From: Sphaerodactylus townsendi
Lineage: Eukaryota
Direction of reading: 5' to 3'
Assembly (NCBI RefSeq): GCF_021028975.2
Contig: NC_059437.1
Coordinates: 14,446,001-14,510,000 of the forward strand
DNA: 64,000 nt
Shown: positions 1-11,653 of the stretch, in pieces
Layout of the letters: the number at the start of each line of letters is the position of its first letter
Numbering within the stretch: the first letter of the stretch is position 1
Made by a program: the position numbers and the translations under genes
Notes under the pieces: model-generated
Database searches by the model: none
What the model was told of the DNA's origin: nothing
Seen by the model: only the letters and a program-made list of their open reading frames with translations

Positions 1-100
1 TTCTTGAGAAGGTCAGCGTCAGGGAGTGATGAGATGGGGGGGGAGCTGGGGCCCACACAACACGCTCTGATCCTGTCCCGCCTCGTCTTCTCCCCGCCAG

Positions 101-383
101 CCCCTGCAACTGGTTCCTCTTCTCCGACGTGCTCAAGCGCCTCAAGCTCTCGTCCCGGATCTTCCAGGCTCGCTTCCCGCACTTCGAGGTGACCACCTTG
201 CCCAAGGCAGAGTTCCAGCGCCAGGTGGCGTCGAGCCAAGTCTTGGCCGCAGAAGAGATCCAGGAGCACATGGTGCCCTCCTCCGGTCCAGTCACCGTAG
301 AGACGGTGGAGCTGGTGCGCTACGAGGCGGAGCTGGTGCGGCTGCTGGGCTCGGAGGTGGCGTTTGAGGCTTGGAGCAGCTGA
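101..383 (+). CDS. BCORL1: BCL6 corepressor-like 1, last coding exon (PUFD domain C-terminus)
   Basis: Pyrimidine tract and AG at 99-100. Translates [46 protein letters not shown]...[20 protein letters not shown], matching the BCORL1 C-terminus. TGA at 381-383. Confidence 0.93.
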
Positions 384-493
384 CGGAGTCCCGGGCGCTC
401 CCTCCCGCCTTCAGACTACATTGCGAGGCAATAAATATGACGGACCAACGAGAAGCAGCCTTCTCACGGCCGAACGCAGGGCCCCTCCTTGGG

Positions 494-519
494 AACAACA
501 ACAGCAGCAGCAGCAGCAG
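494..519 (+). repeat. (CAA)/(CAG) microsatellite in BCORL1 3'UTR
   Basis: aacaacaacagcagcagcagcagcag read directly. Confidence 0.8.
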
Positions 520-2182
520 GGGGATCGTCAGAAGCTGCCTCTTCCCGTGCCGTGGACTCCCGCTCATGGACCCATTGCCACCTTCGGTGGCTTCAAAACC
601 TCTCCGTGGAACCGCATCTCTCCCCACCCTCCTGTCCCCAAAGCTCTTCCAGAGTATTTATTTAATTAGTATTTAATTTGTGGTGTTCCTTTGTTCCTGC
701 TCAGTCTGCATCACTGTGATTCTTGGGAGGGGAGGGAGGCCTTCCTAGAGCCGCCCACCCTGGTTGGGAGGTGCTGAGGGACTGGGCCGCTGCTTCCCTC
801 CTTCCTAGTCTCTCGGGCTGCGAGGAGGCCAGGAGCTGCCATCCCACCCCCACCCCCCGCTTTCTCGCCTTTCAGTTTTAGGGCCGCCCAGGTTCCGGTT
901 GGGTGTGTTTCTTTCTCCCTCTCTGGCCCGTTTGTGAGATTTCTGTTTTGGCTCCAGAGTTTAAGCCTGCCACACTGGAGAGGCAACCAGAGACTGAATA
1001 CAGAGCCAAAGGCATCTGGGTGTTCTCGGCTATCTCCTCCCCGGCCCCCCCCCAACACGCTTTCCCCTCCCCCTTTGTTTAATCCATTCAGGAGGCAAGT
1101 TGGTCATCCCCAGGGGGGGTCGGGGGGGGAGCGCCCACAAGCCGGAGGGGTGAGGTGGGGAGGGTTGTAGATGGTACAGTTTTATTGTACAGGTGCTAAT
1201 GAGGACTGGACAATCGGTTTTCCTGGCTCTCCCCTGCGCTGCAGGGTGGGGAAGGTGGGGTGTTAAATTTTCTTCATTTGTGTTGTGTTTTTTCTCCTCC
1301 TTTCCCCTCCCCACTTAGGGAGCTGCATTGCCTGCCCCGCCTCGCCCACCCCTCCAAGGTGGCTGCCCCTCCCGGCTCCCACCTTGGTCAAAGCAGACAG
1401 CGTTTTCTCTCTCTCTCTCTCTTTTACGCCAAGGCTTTTCAAGCCTTTGGAGTATGTGTTCTGGCTGCTGTTTTTCTGATTTTTGATTTATTCTTAAGCA
1501 ACAGGCTGTGGTGTCCAAAACACTTATGTACAGAAAAAACCTGCATCAGGGCTCCTGTCTCCTGCCTCGTTTTTCGTCCCTGGTGCTTTTGGTGGAAGAA
1601 TGAATGATTGGGGTGGGGAGTGACTGCCTCCTCCACCTCATCTGTTTGCTAGTTAGGATGTTAAAGACCACTTGCGTCCGTCAACGATGACAGCGGCTCT
1701 GCAGGTTTTATCCGGGGAGTCGGGTTTTCAGTCTCAGCCCGCTAGGACTGCAAAGAGGGACTTGTGACATCATTCCGACCGGCTGACCAATCAGTGAACC
1801 AGCTGAGATTGTTGCTCTCATGGTACCATTTTATGCCTACCTGCTTTTTAAAGAACAAGGCAGCACCTGTCTGGTGGAATCTTGAAGGTAAATCCTGATT
1901 GGGCAGCTGCGTGTTCCTCCCTGGTCTCTTGCCCCCACCAGCATCACGCCCAGAGAAGAGCCGCTGGCCAAACAGCCTGTGGCCAGGGGACCATTTGGCT
2001 GGCTAGTCAGAAAAGCATGGCAGATGGAGATCCCCAGACCAGCCTTTTCTTTTAAATTTCTGAAAGGAATTTAACTCAGAGGGGGTGGAGAAGGCCCTCT
2101 GTCCTGTGCTCTTTTCCTAGCCTTGAATTTCATGCCTGTAACGGCAGGCTTTTTTCCTTGTGGGGCGAGACAGCAATTTTTG

Positions 2183-2479
2183 GAAGAAGAAGAAGAGTTT
2201 GGATTTGTATCTTCCCTTTCTCTCCTGCAGGAGACTCAAAGGGGCTGACAATCTCCTTGCCCTTCCCCCCTCACAACAAACACCCTGTGAGGTGGGGTGG
2301 GGCTGAGAGAGCTCCGAGAAGCTGTGACTAGCCCAAGGTCACCCAGCTGGCGTGTGTGGGAGTGCACAGGCTAACCTGAATTCCCCAGATAAGCCTCCAC
2401 AGCTCAGGTGGCAGAGCTGGGAATCAAACCCGGTTCCTCCAGATTAGATACACGAGCTCTTAACCTCCTACGCCACTGC
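2183..2479 (-). mobile_element. tRNA-derived CORE/MIR-like squamate SINE (Squam3-like)
   Basis: A/B-box head, gctgggtgaccttgggctagtcac core, (CTT)n tail; about 15 related copies in the window. Confidence 0.8.
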
Positions 2480-2990
2480 AGTTATAGTTAGGCAAACAGC
2501 AGAGGGGACAGTTTATTTAAAGGTGGTGTGTTGCTTGTGTTTTCAGACAACTTGGGAAATCTAGGGTGTCATGTCTAGCGTGGCCCTTTAAGTCTGCAGA
2601 CCTCACTGGGGACTGCAGTGATGAAGAATCCATAGCATTACACCAGATTTGCCGCAAGTGAGGCTGCAGCAGGTCTTCCTGTATTTAACAGCGACCTTCC
2701 CACCTCTCTTGCCGCAGGGCTCACTGAAGCTTATTTGGCTGGCCCTGTAGGAACAGAGGTCGGTTTCTACATTGTACTGTCTCGCCCCCATTCTTGGTCT
2801 GTTATCAAAGACTGGAGTGGAGCCTTGTCTCTACTAGCTGGTGTTTTGGCCTCTGGATTCACAACCAGGCAAATTCTGTAGGGCAGGTGTTCAACCTTGA
2901 CTATTAACTGTAACAAGCCGTGGTGAACCACATTACGCAAAGGAACATAATGTGCACCCTCTGAAAGAGGAAAGCATTAAGGGTGCATCA

Positions 2991-3280
2991 GGAGCAGCAA
3001 TGACATAGTGGTTAAGAGCAGGTGTACTCTAATCTGGAGGAAGCGGGTTTGATTCCTCACTCTGCTGCCTGAGCTATGGAGGCTTATCTGGGGAATTCAG
3101 ATTAGCTTGTGCACTCCCACACACGCCAACCTTGGGCTAGTCACAGTTCTTCTGAGCTCTCAGCCCCAACCTACCTCACAGGGTGTTTGCTGGGGGGGGG
3201 AGGGAAAGGAATTTGTAAGCTCCTTTGAGTCTCCTTACAGGAGAGAAAGGGGGGATATAAATCCAACTATTCTTCTTCTT
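2991..3280 (+). mobile_element. same SINE family, inverted relative to the 2183 copy
   Basis: ggagcagcaatgacatagtggttaagagc...ggtttgattcc...ataaatccaactattcttcttctt. Confidence 0.8.
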
Positions 3281-4076
3281 TAGGGATGTAAACCTCATAT
3301 TTAGTTTTGGGGGTACTGCTGAACTAAAAACTGGAACAGAGATTCTTTGCCTACATTGCCAAATAATGCTGTAGTGGTTCAGGCCTTCAAACGAAGACAG
3401 CAGTTGACCCTGGACTAGACAGTCACACCAAATCAACTTCCCCTGCTTTCATTAGTATTCTAAAATGCTGAAATACAGATGGGTGGGAGGTGGTTAATGC
3501 ACATTTATGAGTATTCAGGGTCATTAGATCCTGCCCAGGCAGAAAGCGACAAGAGCTCGGTTGACCTTCAGAGTGCAGGAGACCACAACTGAGCGGATTC
3601 TCCCATTTCCTAACAGAAATGTGGACAAACAGAGCGGCAAAGGTCTTCCAAAGGCTCCCCACTGAAAAGTGGCTGTGAGTCAGTGGAAAAGTCTCTGTTG
3701 GGCATGCAGAAGGTTCCAATTTCAATTCCCAGCATCTCCATTAAAAGGACCAGGTGGTAGGTGAAAGACCTCTACCTGCAACCTCAGCGAGGGCGGCTAG
3801 TCTGTGTCGTCAATACTGATCTTAATGGACTGATGGTTTTATTTAGTAAATGTCAGTTTGCTGTGTTTGGTGAAAGACGCGTGAAGTAGCAGCAGAGAAC
3901 GGAATGCCATTTTCTATACCTTCCTTTTGGCCCCTATGCACCCACTCCCACCTGGAAGTGAGCAATCACTGCAGGGACCCTTGGCGTTTAACAGGGCAAG
4001 ATGCAGCAGCAATCAGGGGCAACAGCCTCTGTAGACACCTGGAATTCTTGGCGCACCGTCTCAGGCTGTAGAGATA

Positions 4077-4353
4077 GCCACCCTGGTGTAGTGGTTAAGA
4101 GCAGGCACACTGTAATCTGGGGAACCAGTTCTGATTCCCCGCTCTGCCATTTGAGCTGTGGAGGTTTATCTGGTGAACTAGATTAGCTTGTGCACGCCAA
4201 CACATGCCAGCTGGGTGACCTTGGGCTAGTCACAGTCCTTCGGAGCTCCCTCAGCCCCACCTACCTCACAGGGTGTTTGTTGTGAGGGGGAAAGGAGATT
4301 GTAAGCCCCTTTGAGTCTCCTTACAGGAGAGATATAAATCCAAACTCCTCTTC
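4077..4353 (+). mobile_element. same SINE family
   Basis: tggtgtagtggttaagagc head through ataaatccaaactcctcttct tail. Confidence 0.75.
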
Positions 4354-4841
4354 TAGTTACACCAGTATATCCTCCTGACAGGGCAAATACAGCTACTGCA
4401 GATCCTCAGACCGGTGCTTCCTTGGACCTGGCTGGCCCCTTCTCAAATGGAGATAAGGTGTCGGCTGAGACGATGGCTCCTGGTGCCACCCGCTGACAGC
4501 AGCTTTGCAAAAAAAAATCAGCTGTCATTTTTAATGGACCGCTTCACATTTTCGACAAGAGAGCAGCTCCTCGCTTGGTGCGCTGTCGCCGAGGAATTCT
4601 TAAGCAGCGAGCAAAGCCAGTATTGTCGTCATCGCTGCACACGAAAGCACCGGAGGGTGAAAGGGCGCGACCTGCTTACATGGCAGCGAGTAGAGGGGCT
4701 GGGGCAGCGTAGCCTTTCAGCGTTTCACTCCCGGAACACGCAGCTGCCCTCCCCACCCCTCACGCTGCCGACATCCAATGTAAAGGAAGGCTTCGGACCA
4801 GTTCTTACAGATCTCGGTTTCACTTAGAATGTTAATCGGGC

Positions 4842-4847
4842 TTTATT
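4842..4847 (-). promoter_or_regulatory. candidate AIFM1 polyadenylation signal AATAAA
   Basis: tttatt on + strand, about 190 nt downstream of the AIFM1 stop. Confidence 0.55.
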
Positions 4848-5033
4848 TGTGGTGCAAAGAGAACTTTGGGCCACTGCAAATATTTACGCGTGTTCATATA
4901 TGGGGTGGGGGGGAGGAGGCATGCAGCTAAAAATGCTGACACTGCCTGCAGCAGATGCCCACCCACCCTCCCTTCCTTCTCTCTGCTGTTTCCAACTGCA
5001 TCCTTGCCTGGGGGCAGAAGTTGCCCGCAGCAT

Positions 5034-5105
5034 TCACTCCTCGTGGATGTTAAAGAGCTTGGCAACTTCATTGAGGTCGGTGTGCTCTTCCCCATCTTTA
5101 ATGAT
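5034..5105 (-). CDS. AIFM1: AIFM1 exon 16 ([23 protein letters not shown])
   Basis: ctcag acceptor; matches the AIF C-terminus; 72 nt. Confidence 0.96.
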   Translation of the reverse strand: MIKDGEEHTDLNEVAKLFNIHEE

Positions 5106-5255
5106 CTGAGAGACAGAAAGCAAACAACTTGAGTCTGAAGTGGCTTCCACTGACTGCTCCCTTTCCACTGGCTGCCACCGGGGACTTGCACACACCCACT
5201 GCAACGGCTGGCAGCAAGACCCATTTCCTCCCCCAACACACGCACACACACAGAC

Positions 5256-5452
5256 CTTTCGAGCGATCGGCATCCTGTTGAAGATGTTCCATAGCACGAT
5301 GCCCACCACCACTTTATCCCTGAGGTAGAAAACAACTCCTTTGCCATAATCCTCTCCCTGCTGCGGCACCTGCGGGCTGGAAGAGGAGGCGGCCGAGACC
5401 TTGAGCTCCACAGCTTCAGTCTCGGTTTCGCTTTCGGAGCGGATTCCAGTTC
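5256..5452 (-). CDS. AIFM1: AIFM1 exon 15
   Basis: [11 protein letters not shown]...[34 protein letters not shown]; AG/GT flanks; 197 nt. Confidence 0.96.
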
Positions 5453-5767
5453 CTAGGGCAAGCGTTAACACAAGCTCAGTTCGGGCACTGCAATGAGCCA
5501 AGGTTGCTCTTCTCCAGGGGACGGCTGGAGGTCTCCCGCTATTACAACTGAGCTCCAGGTGACAGAGCAGTTCACCTGGAGAAAATGGCTGCTATGGAAG
5601 GTGGGCTCTACCACAACATAGCCTTTTAAAGTTCCTCCCCTCTCCAAACCCTGCCCTCCTAAGGCTCCGCCCCCCAAATCTACACATTGTTTTCAACTTG
5701 GAGCTGACCACCCTAGAAGTGACACTGTCTGCATTTAATCCTAGTTGAATGCATGACTAGTATGTAT

Positions 5768-5966
5768 TGTCAAAGGCTTTCGTGGCCAGATTCAACTGGC
5801 GGGTGTGGGTTTTCTGGGCTGTGTGGCCGAGGTCTGGTAGATCTTGTTCCTAACGTTTTGCCTGTATCTGTGGCTGGCATCTTCAGAGGTGCATCACAGA
5901 GAGAAGTCTGTTACACAGGACTGGGCACAGTGTGGCCACACAGCCCGGAAAACCCACAACAACCAC
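5768..5966. mobile_element. Penelope-like element terminal fragment
   Basis: acgttttgcctgtatctgtggctggcatcttcagagg motif plus an inverted copy of its own 5' part; related copy at about 10049-10245. Confidence 0.55.
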
Positions 5967-6481
5967 ACGACTAGTATGTTTGAAAGCTGAGAAATCCAAC
6001 CAGCAAACCAGAGTTTCTAGCTGCTTGCCAGTCTTAGCTACATTTTCCATGCTCTCAGGCTAAGTTCCTCTCCACAATGAAGAAGCTCCCCGGAGGCAAG
6101 ATATCAGCAGCAGCTCAGGTTTGCCAAATCAAGTGTTGTGCCATATTGCCATTACTACGCAAACCCTCTTTGAGGCTTTGTTTTCTGGTGTCCACACTTT
6201 GTCAATTCAAACGTGGCAACTCCATGCTTTCTTAAACCACGGTTAGGTGTGAAGCACGCATGCGTTCCTTGGTACAAGCGTCACACAGAATCTGCTTACA
6301 TCTCTCACCCTGAAACATGCTAGCTATCTTTAACACTGCCTGAAGATGCGGTGCTGAGAAATCAAACCTGTTTGGAGGAAACGGGTGGCATGTCTTCTCA
6401 AGGCCTAGCTATGCACCCCAACATCATCACCACAAAACTGACTGCCAAGAATCCTTCTGCAGTGATGGATTAAAACCTTAC

Positions 6482-6606
6482 CTGACTCCTCTGTGGCAGA
6501 TTTTGGGGTGTCCTTTGCTGTTGCTTTAGCAAATACTCCTACAGTGGGCAAGCTGCTGTCTACAAGACCGATAGCCTCATAGCCTACATCTGGGCCCAGA
6601 TCACTC
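6482..6606 (-). CDS. AIFM1: AIFM1 exon 14
   Basis: [41 protein letters not shown]; 125 nt; AG/GT. Confidence 0.96.
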
Positions 6607-6942
6607 CTAAAAAGAAGCCAAACAGCAGGGACTGTTCGTTCAGAAATCCAGTAACAGTTCGTTTCTCTTTACAGATGAATGTAGGACACCGACCCCCAAA
6701 GACATTTTGACCCAGGAATGCTTTTTCGGCCCAAGGAGTTATTTTTTGAGTAAGATTTCAGATAATGAAGAGTTGTAGCCCAGCACTAATGAATTCTACA
6801 GTCCACCTGTGTTTTGCACTATTAATTCTTATTAACATTTATTAAGCCACTAAAAAACTTTTCACAGAACCAAGAGATGATAAAATGGATAGGACATATT
6901 TCAAATGAAAACCAATCAGTTTTCCTTCTAAGGACTCTCAAA

Positions 6943-7236
6943 CGTGGTGTAGGAGGTTATGACCTCGTGTATCTAATCTGGAGGAACCGGGTTTGATTCT
7001 CTGCTCTGCCGCCTGAGCTGTGGAGGCTTATCTGGGGAATTCAGATTAGCCTGTGCACTCCCACACCCGCCAGCTGGGTGACCTTGGGCTAGTCACCGCT
7101 TCTCGGAGCTCTCTCAGCCCCACCTACCTCACAGGGTGTTTGTTGTGAGGGGGGAAGGGCAAGGAGATTGTCAGCCCCTTTGAGTCTCCTACAGGAGAGA
7201 AAGGGGGGATATAAATCCAAACTCTTCTTCTTCTTC
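6943..7236 (+). mobile_element. tRNA-derived SINE, near full length
   Basis: close match to the 2183 and 37307 copies. Confidence 0.8.
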
Positions 7237-7407
7237 AAACACCATGGACACCATTTTGGAAGAGGCACTGCCCATTCTCCCTCTTGGAAACTGGAATGCC
7301 TCTTCAATGGTGTGTTGCCATGACACACTGGCATCACTTTGCAAAAACAAAGTTTGTTCTGTACCTTTCATTCATACCAAATTCATACAGGTAGATACAT
7401 CGATCAA

Positions 7408-8140
7408 TTTTATTTATTTATTTATTTATTATTCCACTTTTATACCGCCCTCCCCCGAAGGGCTCAGGGCGGTTTACAACATTAAATAAAACAGTGGATA
7501 TGTTGAAAATTAAAACAATTTAAAAGCAGCATTCGGTTATATCAATTAAAATAAGATGGCCTCCAGCTATTAAATCTCTACATAAGGGAGGAGCAGGTTT
7601 TAGTTGTTTCTGGGCACCCTATCAGCGGCTGGACTCTCCAAAAGCCCGGCGGAATAACTTCGGTCTTACAGGCCCTCTGGAACTTCGTTAAGGTCCCACT
7701 TGGAGATCGGACAGCTGGAGGAAGAGCATTCCACCAGGCAGGGGCCAGGGCCGTAAAAGCCCTGGCCCTAGTGGAGGCCAGCCGCATCATAGAGGGGGCT
7801 GGGATCACGAGCAGGTTGGCCTCTGCTGAACGCAGAGACCGACGTGGGACGTATGGGGCCAGACGGTCTCTCAGATCTGAAGGTCCCAGACAGCATAGGA
7901 GGCCTTAAAGGTTAACACCAATACCTTGAAGACAATCCGGAACTCAACTGGAAGCCAATGCAGGCGATGCAACACGGGCGTGATGTGGTCTCTAAAGGCA
8001 CCTCCCGTGAGCAAACAAGCCGCCGCATGCTGGACCAGTTTCAATTTCCGGATCAGCCGCAAGGGAAGGCCAGCGTAGAGCGAGTTGCAATAGTCTAGCC
8101 TGGAGGTGACCGTTGCATGGATTACAGTGGCCAGGGTCAT
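7408..8140 (-). mobile_element. L2-clade LINE, 5'-truncated 3' fragment
   Basis: ORF 7871-8140 IHATVTSRLDYCNSLYAGLP...HITPVLHRLHWLPVEFRIVFKVL is the L2 ORF2 C-terminus; L2 3' stem-loop and (TAAA)n tail near 7410-7480. Confidence 0.9.
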
Positions 8141-8778
8141 TAATCAGGAGGCAACCTTGTTTGTTCTACATCTATCTGTCAAAGAGGCAAAGACTTCTGC
8201 AGAACCTAGAAACCTCTTCTCACTGAACATCCTCCTCCCTGGCATCAGAGCACTTACCCAAGAGTGCAGAGTACTTACTGGATCAATTATCTAGTGCACA
8301 GATGTCACACAACTTGCGCCCTCCAGATGTTATGGACTACAGTTCCCATCATCCCCTGTCAGCATAACGCTTGCAGGGGGTGATGGGAACTGTAGTCCAT
8401 AACATCTGGAGGGTCGCGAGTTTGACACCTATGACTTGTGGATGGTGTGTGTGCCCCAACCATAAGGACTAGGCAAATTCTTTTTGTTTTAAGTAAAATC
8501 CAATCTAAGCTATTTCAAATGGATGACCCATTCTGTGTCAAACACCAGCTTTGTAGAATACATGCAACTCTTCTGTGTAGGAAACGCTCTCACAGTACAG
8601 CCAGGAGCTGATGAAAGATGTCTGATTTGGTATTCTGGGAAGAGACTAGCTCTGGAGAGGAAGAACAGGTCTCTCCACCCCTTTGCTCTTTTAAGTGTGG
8701 TTGCTATACAGGGACCTTGCAATAACTTGCACTACAGTTGGCTGTGGAGGGAAGTCAAAAACAAGCCATTCCACCTTA

Positions 8779-8964
<186 letters not shown>

Positions 8965-9551
8965 TTAATGAACAAATGCTACAGATAAAAGTGTTCTCAG
9001 CGTCTTGGTGCAGCTTCAAATTTTGGCACTTTCGATCCCCAACTGAGGGAAGTAAGATTTGATCCTTGTAACGGTTGAGCAGCACCACGTCATAGTGGCA
9101 CAGAAGCAAAACGTGAAACGGGCTTTGAAGGAGGACAAAAATCAGGTAGAATGATGCTGCCCCGCCCATCCATGTCTATTCAAAATCTACTGTCACACAC
9201 CAGTTCTGTTTTCTCACCAATAGGTAGCTGTGAGCTTCCCATGAGCAGAGGTCTGCAACCTTGGCTCTCCAGATGTTCACGGACTACAATTCCCACCAGC
9301 CCCTGCCAGCATGGGAATTGTAGTCCATGAACATCTGGAGAGCCAAGTTTGAAGACCCCTACCCATGAGGATTAAAACCTACTTACAGAATCTTTCATGT
9401 GCAACTGGATTCCAAGAGTGAGGGGACAGCCGAATCCCACTCGCAAGGTTTCTAATCTGAAGGCTGCTGCTCTTGTTTCCTTCACCACCCACCTATCTCG
9501 TTTTCAGCAATTCAGCTGAAGCGAGAAAGATGCTGCTCCATCACTACTTAC

Positions 9552-9692
9552 CACCCAGATATTGGAACGGGCCTGCAGCTCTGCGTTAACCCTGAAGCCC
9601 CCGAAGTCCGAGTCTACCTCCAAGGCCGCGGACTTTGCCAACTCCGTGTTGGGCTCCAGACCTACAGCCGCCACAATGTGATCCGTCTCCAC
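9552..9692 (-). CDS. AIFM1: AIFM1 exon 12
   Basis: [47 protein letters not shown]; 141 nt. Confidence 0.96.
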
Positions 9693-9801
9693 CTGAGCAG
9701 GAGAGAACGCACACGCGTGCAAAAACAGATTAGCTCCTTGCTTCTCACTGCTCACACCTGGCAAGAGAGAAGGGACCCCTCTTTCATGCTGCCTTACTCA
9801 C

Positions 9802-9890
9802 TTTCCTTCCATCCTTCAGTTTTATTAGCAGCCGGTTTTCAGAGACAGACACTGACTTCACAACTGCATTGGGCATCACGTTCACCCCCT
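9802..9890 (-). CDS. AIFM1: AIFM1 exon 11
   Basis: [30 protein letters not shown] read by hand (not in the ORF track); ttcag/gtgagt flanks; 89 nt. Confidence 0.95.
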
Positions 9891-10706
9891 CTGAAAGGAA
9901 AACACAGAATAAATCTGCAGCCCAGAGAAAAGCACCGAGGCCGGAAAGCACAGTATCCCTACAGACTGGGCCAGTGGGTCACTGTCTTGGTCGCAAAAAG
10001 GCAAAGGGAGTCCTCTGTGCAAGCATTAGTGACCCATGCAGTAATGTATTGTCGAAGGCTTTCACGGCCGGAATCACTGGGGTGCTGTGTGGTTTCCGGG
10101 CTGTATGGCCGTGTTCTAGCAGCATTCTCTCCTGACGTTTCGCCTGCATCTGTGGCTGGCATCTTCAGAGGATCTGAGAGTAGGAATGGAAAGCAAGTGG
10201 AGTATATATATTTGATCTCACAGTATATATACTCCACTTGCTGTCCCTCTCAATCTGAAAATACCAACCACAGGTATACAGAACAAAACCCTTTTAACCA
10301 GGCTCCCACAACACCAATACAATGAAATAATAAGCATCAACAAGGTTTACTAAGCAGACTATGTTTATGGGGTGGTTTGCCACTGCCTTCCCCTACAGCT
10401 CACCCCTCTGTGCCACAGGGCAAATGACACAAAGATTGCACACTAAGTGGGAGCAGACATTACAATCGCAACCACAGGCTGGATTCCTGCAGATCCATTT
10501 GGCTGACTGCATTTGAAAAGCTTCTTGCGCATGAAAACAGCACCGCCATTTGAGAAATGGATGCAGGAAAGATGACCTACAGTCCAGCTCCCCACAGGAG
10601 ACCAAAGCTACAGGGCAAACAGACTCACTTCCAGTCCCAGACCGTTGATGTGTGCTGCACGTCGGTCATCTCTCCCTCTCCCATTCTCTCTCATACACAC
10701 ACTCAC

Positions 10707-11106
10707 GCGCCCTACATCTCAGAGTTTGGTGGGACCTGTAGACTGCCTACCATGTCTCCTAACGCTGAATGTGCCTGCAAATAAGTGTGTGGATGTAGAC
10801 TGGAAGAAACCATGGTGGTTATGACCAGGAAGCCAACAGCCAGTGGAGAGACAGATTTGGCAGACCAGCCGGAGAGGACTGTGTCTGTGCACGTCATCCA
10901 GGTAGGCAGGAGGTTCAATGTGGAGCCAGCATATAAAAGACTGGCCACTTGGGTCACATCTCCAGTAGAAGACACGATGCTGATGCTCAGCAGTGGCTTT
11001 GAACTGAACAAGCAGCAGCTGGGAAAATACTTCAGACAAAAGGCTGGGACCCAATTCAAGAGGCCCATTGTTAATCGACTAAATCCGTATCCATTTTTCA
11101 GTATTT
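10707..11106 (-). other. candidate alternative (poison or truncating) AIFM1 exon in intron 10
   Basis: ctcttttccctttAG acceptor in phase with exon 10, 130 open codons to TAG at 10714-10712, then GTGAGT donor 5 nt later. Confidence 0.45.
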
Positions 11107-11545
11107 CTAAAGGGAAAAGAGGCAGAGTTTTAGAAGACAAGACGTGCATGCAAATTCCAGCAGGAACCATCTTGGAAGAGGCATTACTTCATGCGTGGCA
11201 GACTCAGGAATGCCTCTTAGACGGTTCCTGTTTTAAGGACTCTTATTTTTTAAAAATGTATTTTTAAAAAAATTTGCTCCCCAGTTTTTCAGGAGCAACT
11301 TTAGAACATGCTGGTGACCAGGAAGGAGGTTACTAGAATTTGAAGAATTAGCAGTATTCTCAGGCACTCTCAGGGACCGAATCATAGATTTGTGCTTCCT
11401 GTTGCACAATGGCCACAAAACAGACAGATGCATACTGGTGAAGACATTCAGTGGAAAGGATGAGGAAGCATCAGCTGGGCCCCAGGCTGATGTACAAAGA
11501 GATGCTCAATGCCTTTGAGCAGCAGAAGGCAGAGAAAGACTTTAC

Positions 11546-11653
11546 CGTGGATAACTTTATTCGTGGTCCAGTTGCTCAGGTATTCAGGAAGGACTTTGCC
11601 CATGTTGCCGTTCTCCGGGAACATCTGGATCACCTCCAGACCCTTTGACTGTG
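11546..11653 (-). CDS. AIFM1: AIFM1 exon 10
   Basis: AQSKGLEVIQMFPENGNMGKVLPEYLSNWTTNKVIH; 108 nt; phase 1/1. Confidence 0.94.

Noticed and set aside
364-676. PolyQ/polyS ORFs after the BCORL1 stop
   Set aside because: Non-ATG starts within the 3'UTR; caused by the CAG microsatellite
9678-10325. 215-aa + strand ORF
   Set aside because: Stitched from antisense AIFM1 exons 11-12 and a Penelope-like repeat
11385-11436. Second possible acceptor (cttcaccAG) in AIFM1 intron 10
   Set aside because: In-frame reading stops after about 17 codons and no convincing donor follows; insufficient support
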